In this document: in pieces, positions 1 through 8,352 of the stretch | Layout: each line of letters opens with the position of its first letter | How positions within the stretch are numbered: the first letter of the stretch is position 1 | Origin: Chloroflexota bacterium | GTDB taxonomy: Bacteria; Chloroflexota; Anaerolineae; B4-G1; SLSP01 | Reading direction: 5' to 3' | DNA length: 64,000 nucleotides | Assembly (NCBI GenBank): GCA_019873725.1 | Contig: JAIOAS010000001.1 | Location: forward strand, 40,257 to 104,256 | Position numbers and translations under genes: made by a program | Notes under the pieces: model-generated | What the model was told of the DNA's origin: nothing | What the model saw: only the letters and a program-made list of their open reading frames with translations | Databases searched by the model: none

Positions 1-91
1 GCAGACGTGGTTGTTTGCGCCGCCGGTCACAGGGAATCACAGAAAGGCCCGCGCGGGTGTAAGCCAACGCGGAGGACAACAATGGGTTCAT
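1..91 (-). CDS. partial ORF (N-terminus only; gene runs off the window start); N-terminus resembles PrimPol-type proteins
   Basis: Minus-strand ATG at 91..89 preceded by GGAGG. Translation MNPLLSSALAYTRAGLSVIPCDRRRKQPRL resembles the conserved N-terminal 'AYAxxGWxVxP' motif of bifunctional primase/polymerase proteins. Only ~30 aa are visible. Confidence 0.3.
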   Translation of the reverse strand, partial: MNPLLSSALAYTRAGLSVIPCDRRRKQPRL

Positions 92-99
92 ACGAGTTA

Positions 100-140
100 C
101 CTCCTTGAGTTGCGAGTTATGAGTTGCGAGTTACTGGTTA
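100..140. repeat. heptanucleotide tandem repeat (GAGTTNN units)
   Basis: gagttgc gagttat gagttgc gagttac, directly read. The same repeat family recurs at 22322-22360 and 23318-23350. Confidence 0.8.
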
Positions 141-168
141 CAGACAAGGGCTGTCTGTTGCTAGAGCA

Positions 169-702
169 TCAGGGAGACAAGGGGTGCAGCGTGAGTTCCG
201 GGGACGGCACGCGGTAGAAGCCGGGATTGCGCCGGATCACTGCGTCGGCCAGCGGTGTTACCAACGGACGCAGCACGATTTGCACTGTCGTCAGATCGGC
301 GTTGCCCCGGTCGAGCGCCGTATCCACGAATACTGCACCCAGCACTGCCTCGAAGACGTCGCTGAGCACCGAGGTGCGTTGGCGCAGGCCGCGAATGTCG
401 GCGCGTTGACTCAAATGCACGGCTTCAGGCAATTCCAGTTGCCGGGCGAAGCGCGCCAGGCTTTCAGCACGCACCAACTCGGCGCGCAGGATGCTCATCT
501 GCCCCGGCCCGAAGTGCGGGAAGTCGCGGTAGAGCCAGTAGGTGACCGCCAGTTCCAACACCGCATCGCCCAGGTGTTCCAGGCGCTCGTAGTTCGGCGC
601 GCCGGCCGAACTGTGGGTCAAGGCCAGGCGCAGCAGATCAGGGTTGACGAAATGGTAGCCCAACCGTTGTTGGAGTTCGTGGGTGAGCGTGGGATTCACG
701 GT
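169..702 (-). CDS. RNase III catalytic-domain protein (Mini-III-like; no obvious dsRBD)
   Basis: Contains LGYHFVNPDLLRLALTHSS...ERLEHLGDAVLELAVTYWLY, the RNase III signature (ERLEFLGDA-type). Probable GTG start at 702 with an upstream GGAGGTG. The first 85 aa of the track ORF overlap the upstream gene and look non-coding. The C-terminus lacks a recognisable dsRNA-binding domain. Confidence 0.6.
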   Translation of the reverse strand, partial: TVNPTLTHELQQRLGYHFVNPDLLRLALTHSSAGAPNYERLEHLGDAVLELAVTYWLYRDFPHFGPGQMSILRAELVRAESLARFARQLELPEAVHLSQRADIRGLRQRTSVLSDVFEAVLGAVFVDTALDRGNADLTTVQIVLRPLVTPLADAVIRRNPGFYRVPSPELTLHPLSP

Positions 703-1133
703 ACACCTCCGGCGTCGAACCAGGGTTCTTCTTCCAGCCAACGGTGGAGCACGTCCATCTCCGGCGCGTCCAGGGTGGCTTTCACAGTCTCCCACAGAAC
801 TGCACCGGACGCGAAATCGGCTAACGCCCAGGTCGCCAAAGTTTCCCACGGGGCGAAGCGTCCTTGCATCCACAGGCTGACCGTGGATGCAGTGTTGGGA
901 AACATCAGGCGATAGGGCGTCAGATCGTCGGTGAACGAAAAATACATCCACACCGCGCTTGGCGGCGTGAGGGTCATTGCGCCCCGTAAGTGTGTCACTG
1001 TGGGATCATCGCGCAACGCGCTACCGGTTTCTTGGATCAGCCGGGCGCGGCATTGCTGTTGTTCCGGGGTGAAGACCACGGGGTGTGCGGGTGCTGCCAG
1101 TACGGGCAGCTTCAGGACAGGGGCAAAGGTCAT
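696..1133 (-). CDS. hypothetical protein (145 aa)
   Basis: ORF immediately upstream of the RNase III-like gene, overlapping its start (translational coupling). No recognisable motif. Confidence 0.4.
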   Translation of the reverse strand: MTFAPVLKLPVLAAPAHPVVFTPEQQQCRARLIQETGSALRDDPTVTHLRGAMTLTPPSAVWMYFSFTDDLTPYRLMFPNTASTVSLWMQGRFAPWETLATWALADFASGAVLWETVKATLDAPEMDVLHRWLEEEPWFDAGGVP

Positions 1134-1265
1134 TGTGTACCTCCTCGTAGGTGACGAGGAAGCCGGCGTCTCCTGTCACGGAGGCGCGACGGCCTCCTCG
1201 ACAGGAATGGAGAAAAGCGCCTGGGAGCCAGTCCACAGGCGCTTTCACGGATGTAGGGCAGAAAC

Positions 1266-1766
1266 CTACTCCTCAGACAACGTAGGCGCGACGCGCTGCA
1301 TGGTCTTGAACCAGACCACCTGTTTCAGTCCACCGGCTACCACCAGGGCGACCACGGCCAGCAAGAGCAGGCCGGGGTGCGCACCGTGACGGGCGGCGAA
1401 GGGAAACAGGCGCGGCGCTTGGGCATACAGCCACAGTAGTCCGGGCACAATCAAGGCCAACAGGAGCAACCACCGCCACCGACCTTGCCGTCCGCGCGGC
1501 TTGCGCCGGGGTGCGGACCGAGGGTGGCGCGGCGTTGGCTGCTGTTGGGACCGCCAGGGGCGGTTCTCCGCTGACGGCAACGCAGGTTCAGCTTGCACGG
1601 CCTGCCGTTGCGGTCGCCAATGCAGGTTCTCCGCTTCACGGGGTTCCTGCCGTGGACACTCCTGGACCTGACGCCCCGGACCGTGCTGCGCAGGGTGACG
1701 GCGATGGACACGGCGTTGCTGTGCAACGCCGTGTATCTGCGTAACGCTGTATAACTGCGTCTCCAT
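1266..1766 (-). CDS. hypothetical small membrane protein (basic, disordered N-terminus plus 2 TM helices)
   Basis: Hydrophobic stretches WRWLLLLALIVPGLLWLY and LLLLAVVALVVAGGL. Starts 3 nt after the stop of the upstream gene (1770), so it is operon-embedded. Low-complexity, high-GC N-terminus lowers confidence. Confidence 0.3.
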   Translation of the reverse strand: METQLYSVTQIHGVAQQRRVHRRHPAQHGPGRQVQECPRQEPREAENLHWRPQRQAVQAEPALPSAENRPWRSQQQPTPRHPRSAPRRKPRGRQGRWRWLLLLALIVPGLLWLYAQAPRLFPFAARHGAHPGLLLLAVVALVVAGGLKQVVWFKTMQRVAPTLSEE

Positions 1767-1769
1767 CGC

Positions 1770-2681
1770 TTACCCCTGGCGCTTCAGTTCGGCCAGCAAG
1801 TCTTGCGCGGCGTCGGCGGTGATACCGTCCAGCGCACTGGCGATGTCAGCTTGGGCAAAGCCCTTGCCGCGCATCAACGCGGTCAGCAGCCGCTTGGTGC
1901 TCTCCGTGGCCGGAGTCGCGTCCACCTTGGCTGCCCGTACCGGCGCAGCAGGCGCATTGCTCTCCTCCTCGACCGGTACGTCGCCGTCAGCCAGTTCACC
2001 GTCGCCGTTAGGACCGGGGTTATGCTCCCAGGCCGCCGCCCACTGCTTGTACGTCTCCCACTCAGCCTCAATCAGGTCGGCCAGTTCGTCCCCCACGTAG
2101 TCCACGTCCGGGTCGAACTCGTCGGAGCGCACAATGGGGGTGGCGCGGCTCTTCTGCCTGGTGCCGCGCATCTCCGGTTCGGCAGCGTGCAGCAACACAG
2201 CGAAGAACACGCTCGGCGCTTTGCCTTGCGTCGCCTTGCGCACCGCCTGCCGGTGTTCGCGCAATGCCTGCGCCAGGTCTTTCGATGCCATTCCCTTGAC
2301 GGTCAGCATCACCGGACCGGCGTAGCCGTTTTCGGTCTCGACGTAGCCCAGGGCTTGCAGTTTCCCGCGCGCCCCCTCTACGAAGCCGCCGAGCCGGTTG
2401 CCGTCCTTGACCCAGGCAAAGCGTGTCGCCAATGGCACAAAGCGCAGCCAGTCGGTGAAGAACACAGGTTCGCTTTCACCGGTACTGAAGATGAGCGTGT
2501 GGTCGACCGCGCCGTTGGGCGTGGCCTTGAGCAGTTCGGCCTGCTCCGCGCTCATCGCAAAGCCCCCGGTCGCTTCACGGGGGTCCAACGTGCTCCCGTC
2601 ATTCACGTACTGGATGAACGGGTATTCGCACACCATTTCCTCTTGCAGAATCTGCGAGTCGTTACGATCTTGCCAGGCCAT
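1770..2681 (-). CDS. hypothetical protein (303 aa), acidic C-terminal half
   Basis: Long ORF with coherent composition. No motif recognised. Confidence 0.5.
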   Translation of the reverse strand: MAWQDRNDSQILQEEMVCEYPFIQYVNDGSTLDPREATGGFAMSAEQAELLKATPNGAVDHTLIFSTGESEPVFFTDWLRFVPLATRFAWVKDGNRLGGFVEGARGKLQALGYVETENGYAGPVMLTVKGMASKDLAQALREHRQAVRKATQGKAPSVFFAVLLHAAEPEMRGTRQKSRATPIVRSDEFDPDVDYVGDELADLIEAEWETYKQWAAAWEHNPGPNGDGELADGDVPVEEESNAPAAPVRAAKVDATPATESTKRLLTALMRGKGFAQADIASALDGITADAAQDLLAELKRQG

Positions 2682-2983
2682 TGCATACCTCCGATTAGAT
2701 TTGTGATTTGCTGATTTGAGATTGGTTGATTACCAGTGGATCACAACGGAGCGGCGCAGTATTCCTCCACAGGGGAGAACGATGCGCCTCCCGTGTGAAG
2801 GACAACAACGAAACACATTGGGTCAGCCGGACGCCCCATCGCCCGGCTGCACCGTGTTGGCGAAGCTGGCGTTGGGGTAGCGCGTGGGTGAACAAGGGTA
2901 TCAATCAGTGCGTCTCCCGCGCACCGACTGTCGATGGGCCGGGGCACAGGAGAGGCCAAAGCAAAGATGGGCAGGGTAAGGCG

Positions 2984-3050
2984 TAAAACGTAAAACGTAA
3001 GGGAAAAAAGGCACCGCCTTTCTTACATTTTACGTCTTTACGTTTTCCTA
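2984..3050. repeat. palindromic intergenic element ('AAAACGTAAAACGTAAG ... CTTACATTTTACGTCTTTACGTTTT')
   Basis: Inverted repeat read directly. Related copies occur at 20026-20095 and 51636-51700 (a partial one at 42045-42065), always intergenic between co-directional genes. Confidence 0.75.
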
Positions 3051-3498
3051 TTGCGTATTGGCAGCCGCAGGAAACGCACCGGGGTTGTCTTCCGGGCGCT
3101 GCCCACGGCTCTGCCTTTCGCAGTCAAATATAGGTATTGAGGTTGTTAAGGTTCTGCCCATTGCGCCCCAACCTGTACAGATCAGAGCCGGATGTGAGGC
3201 CGGAGCCTCGGCATCATCATTGGGTTCAGGCAATGACGATGCCGCGACCACGGACTCGGGGTGGCATTGGAACGCAAAAAGCCCCACGCGGGTAAGCATC
3301 TAACGTGGACAGGGCCGTTCGACGAACGGGAGTCTGTCAAGCGTGAAAAACGTCAGATGCCCCGGTGGGGCTTTCAGGGTATGTCAGGATCCGGCGATGG
3401 GGCCGGAAATGGTACAACAAGGACAGCGTACCCGCAATAGACGCGGGCAGGTCAAGATGGGCAGGTTATGGAACTGGTAAGGAACGATTCTTACTCTT

Positions 3499-3528
3499 AT
3501 TATACCATATCGGAGGGGGTGAAATCAA
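3499..3528 (-). promoter_or_regulatory. sigma-70-like promoter on the minus strand (TTGATT-18nt-TATAAT)
   Basis: Reverse complement of 3499-3528 reads TTGATT tcaccccctccgatatgg TATAAT. Nearly identical promoter boxes occur at 38701-38730 and 52351-52380. Confidence 0.45.
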
Positions 3529-3591
3529 GGGTAGGAAACTGGAAACCCTATGGGCAAGAAAGGTTTACAACAATGGTTGTGCTCTAGCCTC

Positions 3592-4734
3592 TTAAAGAAT
3601 ACTAACCGCCTTGGCTATTTGGCTAATTGCCTCCCGTATATCGCTTTCCGTTGTCATTCGACCTAATGAAATGCGGATAGATGCACTGGCCTGTTCGCGC
3701 GTCAAGCCTATCGCTTGCAAGACATGCGAGGGTTCCATTGCGCCAGTATGACAAGCCGCGCCGGTGCTCATCATCAAACCTGGCAAACGGAGCAGCAATG
3801 CATCAGCTTCGACACCCTCGAAAGTGATATTGGTGGTGTTTGGCAAGCGGGGCGCGTGTTGAGCATTGATTCGCAGTTTGGGGATGGCTTCCAGCAAGCC
3901 ACGTTCCAATTCGGCTTGATACTCCCTCAGACGAGCACTTTCTTGAGGTAGTTCTGCGGCGACAATTTCGCAGGCTGCACCTAAGCCCACGATAGCTGGC
4001 ACATTCGAGGTTCCGGCACGCAGACCGGACTCCTGTCCGCCGCCCTCCAACATTGGGCGGATAGGAATAGAACGTGCTCCGTCACGTATGTACAATACGC
4101 CGATTCCTTTGGGACCGTACAACTTATGTGCGCTGCATGAGAGCAAATCGACACCCCACTCCCGCACATCACAGGGGATTTTGCCTATGGCTTGTGCCGC
4201 GTCCGTGTGAACCAGTGCGCCGTGATGGTGCGCGAGTTCCGCAATTCTGGCGATAGGCTGAAGTGTGCCGATCTCGTTATTAGCAGCTTGAATCGAGACC
4301 AGGAAAGTATCTTCACCTACAGCCTGTTCTAGCTCATCGAGCGATACTAGCCCATTGTAATCTACTGGAAGGATAATTTCCTCAAAGCCTTGTTCAACGA
4401 GCCGCTTGCAGGGGGCAAGTACAGCTTTGTGTTCGATGGCACAGGTGATGATCTTGTGGCGGGCAGTTGGAGCGTACTCGGCTGTTCCTAAAATCGCAAG
4501 GTGATTGCTTTCGGTAGCGCCGGAGGTGAAAACAATCTCAGCAGGGAGAGCCCCAATCAGCGCGGCGACCTGCTCGCGAGCGTTGTCCATTGCTCGCGCC
4601 GCTTTACGTCCCAAAACGTGCAGACCGTTAGCGGGGTTGCCGTAGACTTCACTGAAGTAGGGCAGCATCGCCTGTATAACACGAGGGTCACACGGGGTGG
4701 TAGCGTTATAATCCAGATATATGGGACTGCTCAT
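3592..4734 (-). CDS. class-V aminotransferase / cysteine desulfurase (IscS/NifS/DndA/SspA-like)
   Basis: N-terminal YLDYNATTP and SCSAHKLYGPKGIGVLYIR (PLP-lysine region) are typical of NifS/IscS. It is the last gene of the co-directional defence cluster. Confidence 0.8.
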   Translation of the reverse strand: MSSPIYLDYNATTPCDPRVIQAMLPYFSEVYGNPANGLHVLGRKAARAMDNAREQVAALIGALPAEIVFTSGATESNHLAILGTAEYAPTARHKIITCAIEHKAVLAPCKRLVEQGFEEIILPVDYNGLVSLDELEQAVGEDTFLVSIQAANNEIGTLQPIARIAELAHHHGALVHTDAAQAIGKIPCDVREWGVDLLSCSAHKLYGPKGIGVLYIRDGARSIPIRPMLEGGGQESGLRAGTSNVPAIVGLGAACEIVAAELPQESARLREYQAELERGLLEAIPKLRINAQHAPRLPNTTNITFEGVEADALLLRLPGLMMSTGAACHTGAMEPSHVLQAIGLTREQASASIRISLGRMTTESDIREAISQIAKAVSIL

Positions 4735-4765
4735 AGTTTATCCGGTGGACGAAGATGACGTCGGC

Positions 4766-6193
4766 CTACGACAACTCATACTGAATATCTTCATCATATT
4801 GCCGATACTCCGCATCCAACATATACAATTGATCCCAAACCAGTTGGCGCAGTTCTACTGCCGGGCGCACACAATAGATTTCAAAATCTTCCAGACTGAC
4901 CGCTCCGTGTGGAAATTGCAACTTCATTAGTCCGCTGGCAATCAGATGTACGGCGTCTTCGTTGCGTTTATAGCGTTTTCGCCCCGTTAGAGTGACAGTG
5001 CGGCTGACGTATTGATTGGCACTGACATCTTCACGCAACGCCAGCAAAGCATCACCGAAAAAATCGGATTTTAATCCTATGCCCTGTGCGAAGGATTCAC
5101 CGCTTAGTTTGCGTACCTTCCAACCAGGCAGGATGCCACGAAGACGGTCGAGAAAAGCTGTCTCTTGCAGGAATTCGGGAAGTTCTTTGACCAACGGTGA
5201 AAGGATAGGACGTTGTTCATTATCGAGCTGGATATTTGCCAGCATAACGAGGCTGCACGCACTGGCTGTCTCATACATACCGCCGCGCGTCAAGCGTCCA
5301 TTAGCTAAAAAGCCTTTGAGTCCGCCGACGATTTCCTGCGGTTTCTCGAACTTGAGTGTTTGGACTTCATCTAACACTACCACAGCAAAACGCGCTAGCA
5401 AGCCCCATTGTCCGCTGGCATTGTTGACGAACAACACCGCCGGAGAGACATTTCCACCACTCATCAATCGTACACGTGGATTGATGTTTTCGTACAAGTA
5501 ACTCTTGCCCGTGCCTTTGGGAGCGAGTTCCAGTAGGTGCAGATTCTTTTCCACAAGCGGAAGCAAACGGCAGAGCAAATAAGTCTTCTCATTCTCGGTA
5601 AATGCCCAGGGACTGTAACCCATTGAAGTTAACAGCAGGGCACGCCACTCATCGAGTGTAAAGGCCGCTCGTTTTTCTTTGAATATCTCCAGGTTCACTG
5701 AAGCCTGCATCGGCTTGAAAGAGGTTATAGCAATACCTTCCTGAGTATCCACTAACTCCACTACACCCCACATACCTTGTTTGAGTAGATCAGGGTATGC
5801 TTCCACAATACCGTCGCCAATCTGAACCTCGGATAACCCTAGAAGCTTGAGTTGCGCAACACGCTCCTTAACGCGCCGGGTGAGAACAACTTCAACCTCC
5901 ACCGGCGTAAGCACCTTGACCACTTCACCATTGAGCAGGCGATTTTTGATGATTCTGGCCTCGTCAGGCAAGGGCAGAAAACGATCGGCCCAGGTCTGGA
6001 TTTTGGTCAATTCTTCCGGGGTAACCGCACCTTCCCCTGGAGCAAGGCTATCCAGGATCCATTCGGCTACGTAGGCCGGCACACTGCGCCGGTTCAACTG
6101 GCTAGAGGGTAGACGTCGCTTGTCTATCGCCAAGCGACCAAAGACCTGGCTCGCCTTCTGGTTCAATGCTTCGGGGGTGAGGACATCACTCAT
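4766..6193 (-). CDS. brxL: P-loop ATPase, BrxL-like (BREX Lon-like ATPase family, short form)
   Basis: Walker A LAPKGTGKSYLYENI and Walker B VVVLDEVQTL. Positioned directly downstream of PglZ, as in BREX cassettes. 4-nt overlap with the pglZ stop. At 475 aa it is shorter than canonical BrxL (~680 aa), so the Lon protease part may be absent. Confidence 0.5.
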   Translation of the reverse strand: MSDVLTPEALNQKASQVFGRLAIDKRRLPSSQLNRRSVPAYVAEWILDSLAPGEGAVTPEELTKIQTWADRFLPLPDEARIIKNRLLNGEVVKVLTPVEVEVVLTRRVKERVAQLKLLGLSEVQIGDGIVEAYPDLLKQGMWGVVELVDTQEGIAITSFKPMQASVNLEIFKEKRAAFTLDEWRALLLTSMGYSPWAFTENEKTYLLCRLLPLVEKNLHLLELAPKGTGKSYLYENINPRVRLMSGGNVSPAVLFVNNASGQWGLLARFAVVVLDEVQTLKFEKPQEIVGGLKGFLANGRLTRGGMYETASACSLVMLANIQLDNEQRPILSPLVKELPEFLQETAFLDRLRGILPGWKVRKLSGESFAQGIGLKSDFFGDALLALREDVSANQYVSRTVTLTGRKRYKRNEDAVHLIASGLMKLQFPHGAVSLEDFEIYCVRPAVELRQLVWDQLYMLDAEYRQYDEDIQYELS

Positions 6194-8352
6194 AAGTCTA
6201 GCTCCTTGAGCAGGTCATCAGGCTGCTCGTAAAGTGTCTCAACCTGAAGGTGAGGAACGACTTCGCTCGAGAAAGTAGTGCCGTTGGGTTGGCGGAACAA
6301 CAAGGTGGCCTTTAGATTCTTTTTATCAGACTCGGTCGGCCAGGGTGTTAGGGAGAGGTTAAAGCGAGTCTCATCAAGCGGTGGAATCTGCCAGTTGCCG
6401 CCGACTTGCACACCATGAGAGAAAGAAACGCCTAAACACTCCAGTATTATCTGGCTGGTGTTGATAATCACAACAGTGATTGTTCCAACGTGCTTGGCCT
6501 CGCCCTTGCCACTGATCACAATATTCAGCGCGGGTGTTTTAGCATCGCGCACGAAGACAAACCACGGAACAATAACCTCTTCAGGAAATAATCCGCCGTG
6601 CGGGTAGGGATCATAGCCCGCTTTGTCGTTCTCAAAACTCTCTTCCCCCCAGGCAACCAGCATATCATGCGCCATTTCAAAGCGTTCACCGTGAACGGCT
6701 ATTGTACCAGCGGTTTCGTCTATCGAAAAACCATGCTCGTCAAACTCCAGGTCGAGTTTGCCCCAGGCGACTCGTCCATGGGCTTGCATTCCTTTAGGAG
6801 TTGGTAAGCAGCGTGGTGATTTGGGATTGAGCAGCCGTCCGTGGTCGCTGGTGATGATGATGTGTAGAATGACTGAGTTGGGAAGACTCTGGACAACTTC
6901 AGATATTGCCTGAAGGATGCTCTCCAACTTCGCATGCACTTCCCGTTCCCGCTTGTCTTCACTCTCAAAGTGATAAGCTTTGTCAGGCTGTTCAACACGC
7001 CAGAAAACAACTTCACCAGACCGGATGTCTTTCAGGCCGCGTTTAGGGGAGGTATGATCAGGCAGAATGTATCCCAAAGGAGGATACTGCGGTGATAGCC
7101 GCGGCGGTACGCCTTTGAGCAGGGCATCTTTGGCAAACTCGGTGACGGTGGGCATGGGCGCAAAGCAGTACGATTTTTGCTCAAGCTGCAAACGTTCTAT
7201 TTTGGCCCCCATGGTGTGGATGAAGTCTTCGGCGTCCCAGGCAGGCAGCCCATCCAGGACAACACACAAGGTGAGGGCTTGCGGCGCAGCATCATGCAGA
7301 CGAGCGGAAATTTGGAACGAGAGGTTGCCCGGTTCAAGCAACCAGCGTGGGTAACAGGAGAGATACCACCGGACGAAATCTTGAGCACGTTGGACAATAC
7401 ATGTTCGCGCCTGCTCATCGCCAAAACGCGCTTGCCAGCGACGATAGGGGAGATATTCGGCCTCGAACCAGGCTAACACTGCTGTGGGGTCCTGCGGTAG
7501 AGCAGAGGGTTCTGGCGGCGGTAAGCGTTCTTCGAGTGTCGCGAGCGTTTGCGTGTTGAGATACGGCTGAAGATCGCGTAGAATACCACGGGTAAGAAGA
7601 GGAGTGTTTTGCTCGTAGAACTGAACAGCCAGTTGCGCCAATTCCTGACGTAAGGCAACTGACATCGGGAAAGCAAACATTTGAGCAAAATATACGCCCT
7701 TGCTCTCAATCAACCTTTTCATCCAGGCAGATTTGATTTCTGTCAGCAATGGTTCAGGAACCGGTAGCGGAAATTCATCCAGACTGTCAAGTTTTTCATC
7801 CGCTGCGCCTAGCCATCGCCAGAGTATGGATTTAGCGCCTTCAGAGGTAAACACACGATATAGTCCAGCTTCAGAAGCATTTACCGACCGTCGCTCCAGC
7901 TCAGTGGCGAGATAGTGCAGAATGACAGTTTCGGCATCATCAGGCCGATGCGTGAACAGCCATAGCAGCCAACGCGCAGCATGTTCGCGCGAGGGCGCAC
8001 CTTGCCAAAGCGCATAATCGTCAGGATAACAACAGTTCAGGACAAACGTAGCAGTCATTTGTTCGGGTGAGGCTATGGCCATGCCCATTTTTAGCGCCAA
8101 CTTGTCCGCCTGCTGCTGCAATAAGGCCGGAAAGGTGCGCTGTAAAACGACACGGAGTGATTCTCGATAACAATAAGGTCGTCCGCGCAGGCTATAAAAA
8201 GCCTCTGCCCAGGCACTCAGGCGCTCGCCTCGAATCAGGAGTGGTGTATCATCGGTAGCATAACGTAAGAAATCTACTTCACTGGCGATGACCTGATAGC
8301 CAGGCGGTGCGGGTAGGTCGCCCTGACGGTCGAGTATAACTTCGGTATGCAT
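6190..8352 (-). CDS. pglZ: PglZ-domain protein (alkaline-phosphatase superfamily, BREX)
   Basis: VVLDGLPAWDAEDF and IIITSDHGRLL (the TxDHG motif characteristic of PglZ). Size ~720 aa. The start overlaps the brxC stop (ATGA). Confidence 0.7.
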   Translation of the reverse strand: MHTEVILDRQGDLPAPPGYQVIASEVDFLRYATDDTPLLIRGERLSAWAEAFYSLRGRPYCYRESLRVVLQRTFPALLQQQADKLALKMGMAIASPEQMTATFVLNCCYPDDYALWQGAPSREHAARWLLWLFTHRPDDAETVILHYLATELERRSVNASEAGLYRVFTSEGAKSILWRWLGAADEKLDSLDEFPLPVPEPLLTEIKSAWMKRLIESKGVYFAQMFAFPMSVALRQELAQLAVQFYEQNTPLLTRGILRDLQPYLNTQTLATLEERLPPPEPSALPQDPTAVLAWFEAEYLPYRRWQARFGDEQARTCIVQRAQDFVRWYLSCYPRWLLEPGNLSFQISARLHDAAPQALTLCVVLDGLPAWDAEDFIHTMGAKIERLQLEQKSYCFAPMPTVTEFAKDALLKGVPPRLSPQYPPLGYILPDHTSPKRGLKDIRSGEVVFWRVEQPDKAYHFESEDKREREVHAKLESILQAISEVVQSLPNSVILHIIITSDHGRLLNPKSPRCLPTPKGMQAHGRVAWGKLDLEFDEHGFSIDETAGTIAVHGERFEMAHDMLVAWGEESFENDKAGYDPYPHGGLFPEEVIVPWFVFVRDAKTPALNIVISGKGEAKHVGTITVVIINTSQIILECLGVSFSHGVQVGGNWQIPPLDETRFNLSLTPWPTESDKKNLKATLLFRQPNGTTFSSEVVPHLQVETLYEQPDDLLKELDL

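Noticed and set aside
124-915. Long plus-strand ORFs, including 124-915, 1803-2714, 43020-44282, 49669-50910 and 58458-59477
   Set aside because: Each mirrors a better-supported minus-strand gene with recognisable motifs. High GC produces long antisense open frames. No motifs recognised in their translations.
3361-3420. GTCAGGATCCGG...CCGGAAATGG, vaguely reminiscent of SRP (4.5S) RNA domain IV
   Set aside because: It does not fit the conserved AGGUCAGGUCCGGAAGGAAGCAGC consensus or the flanking helix.
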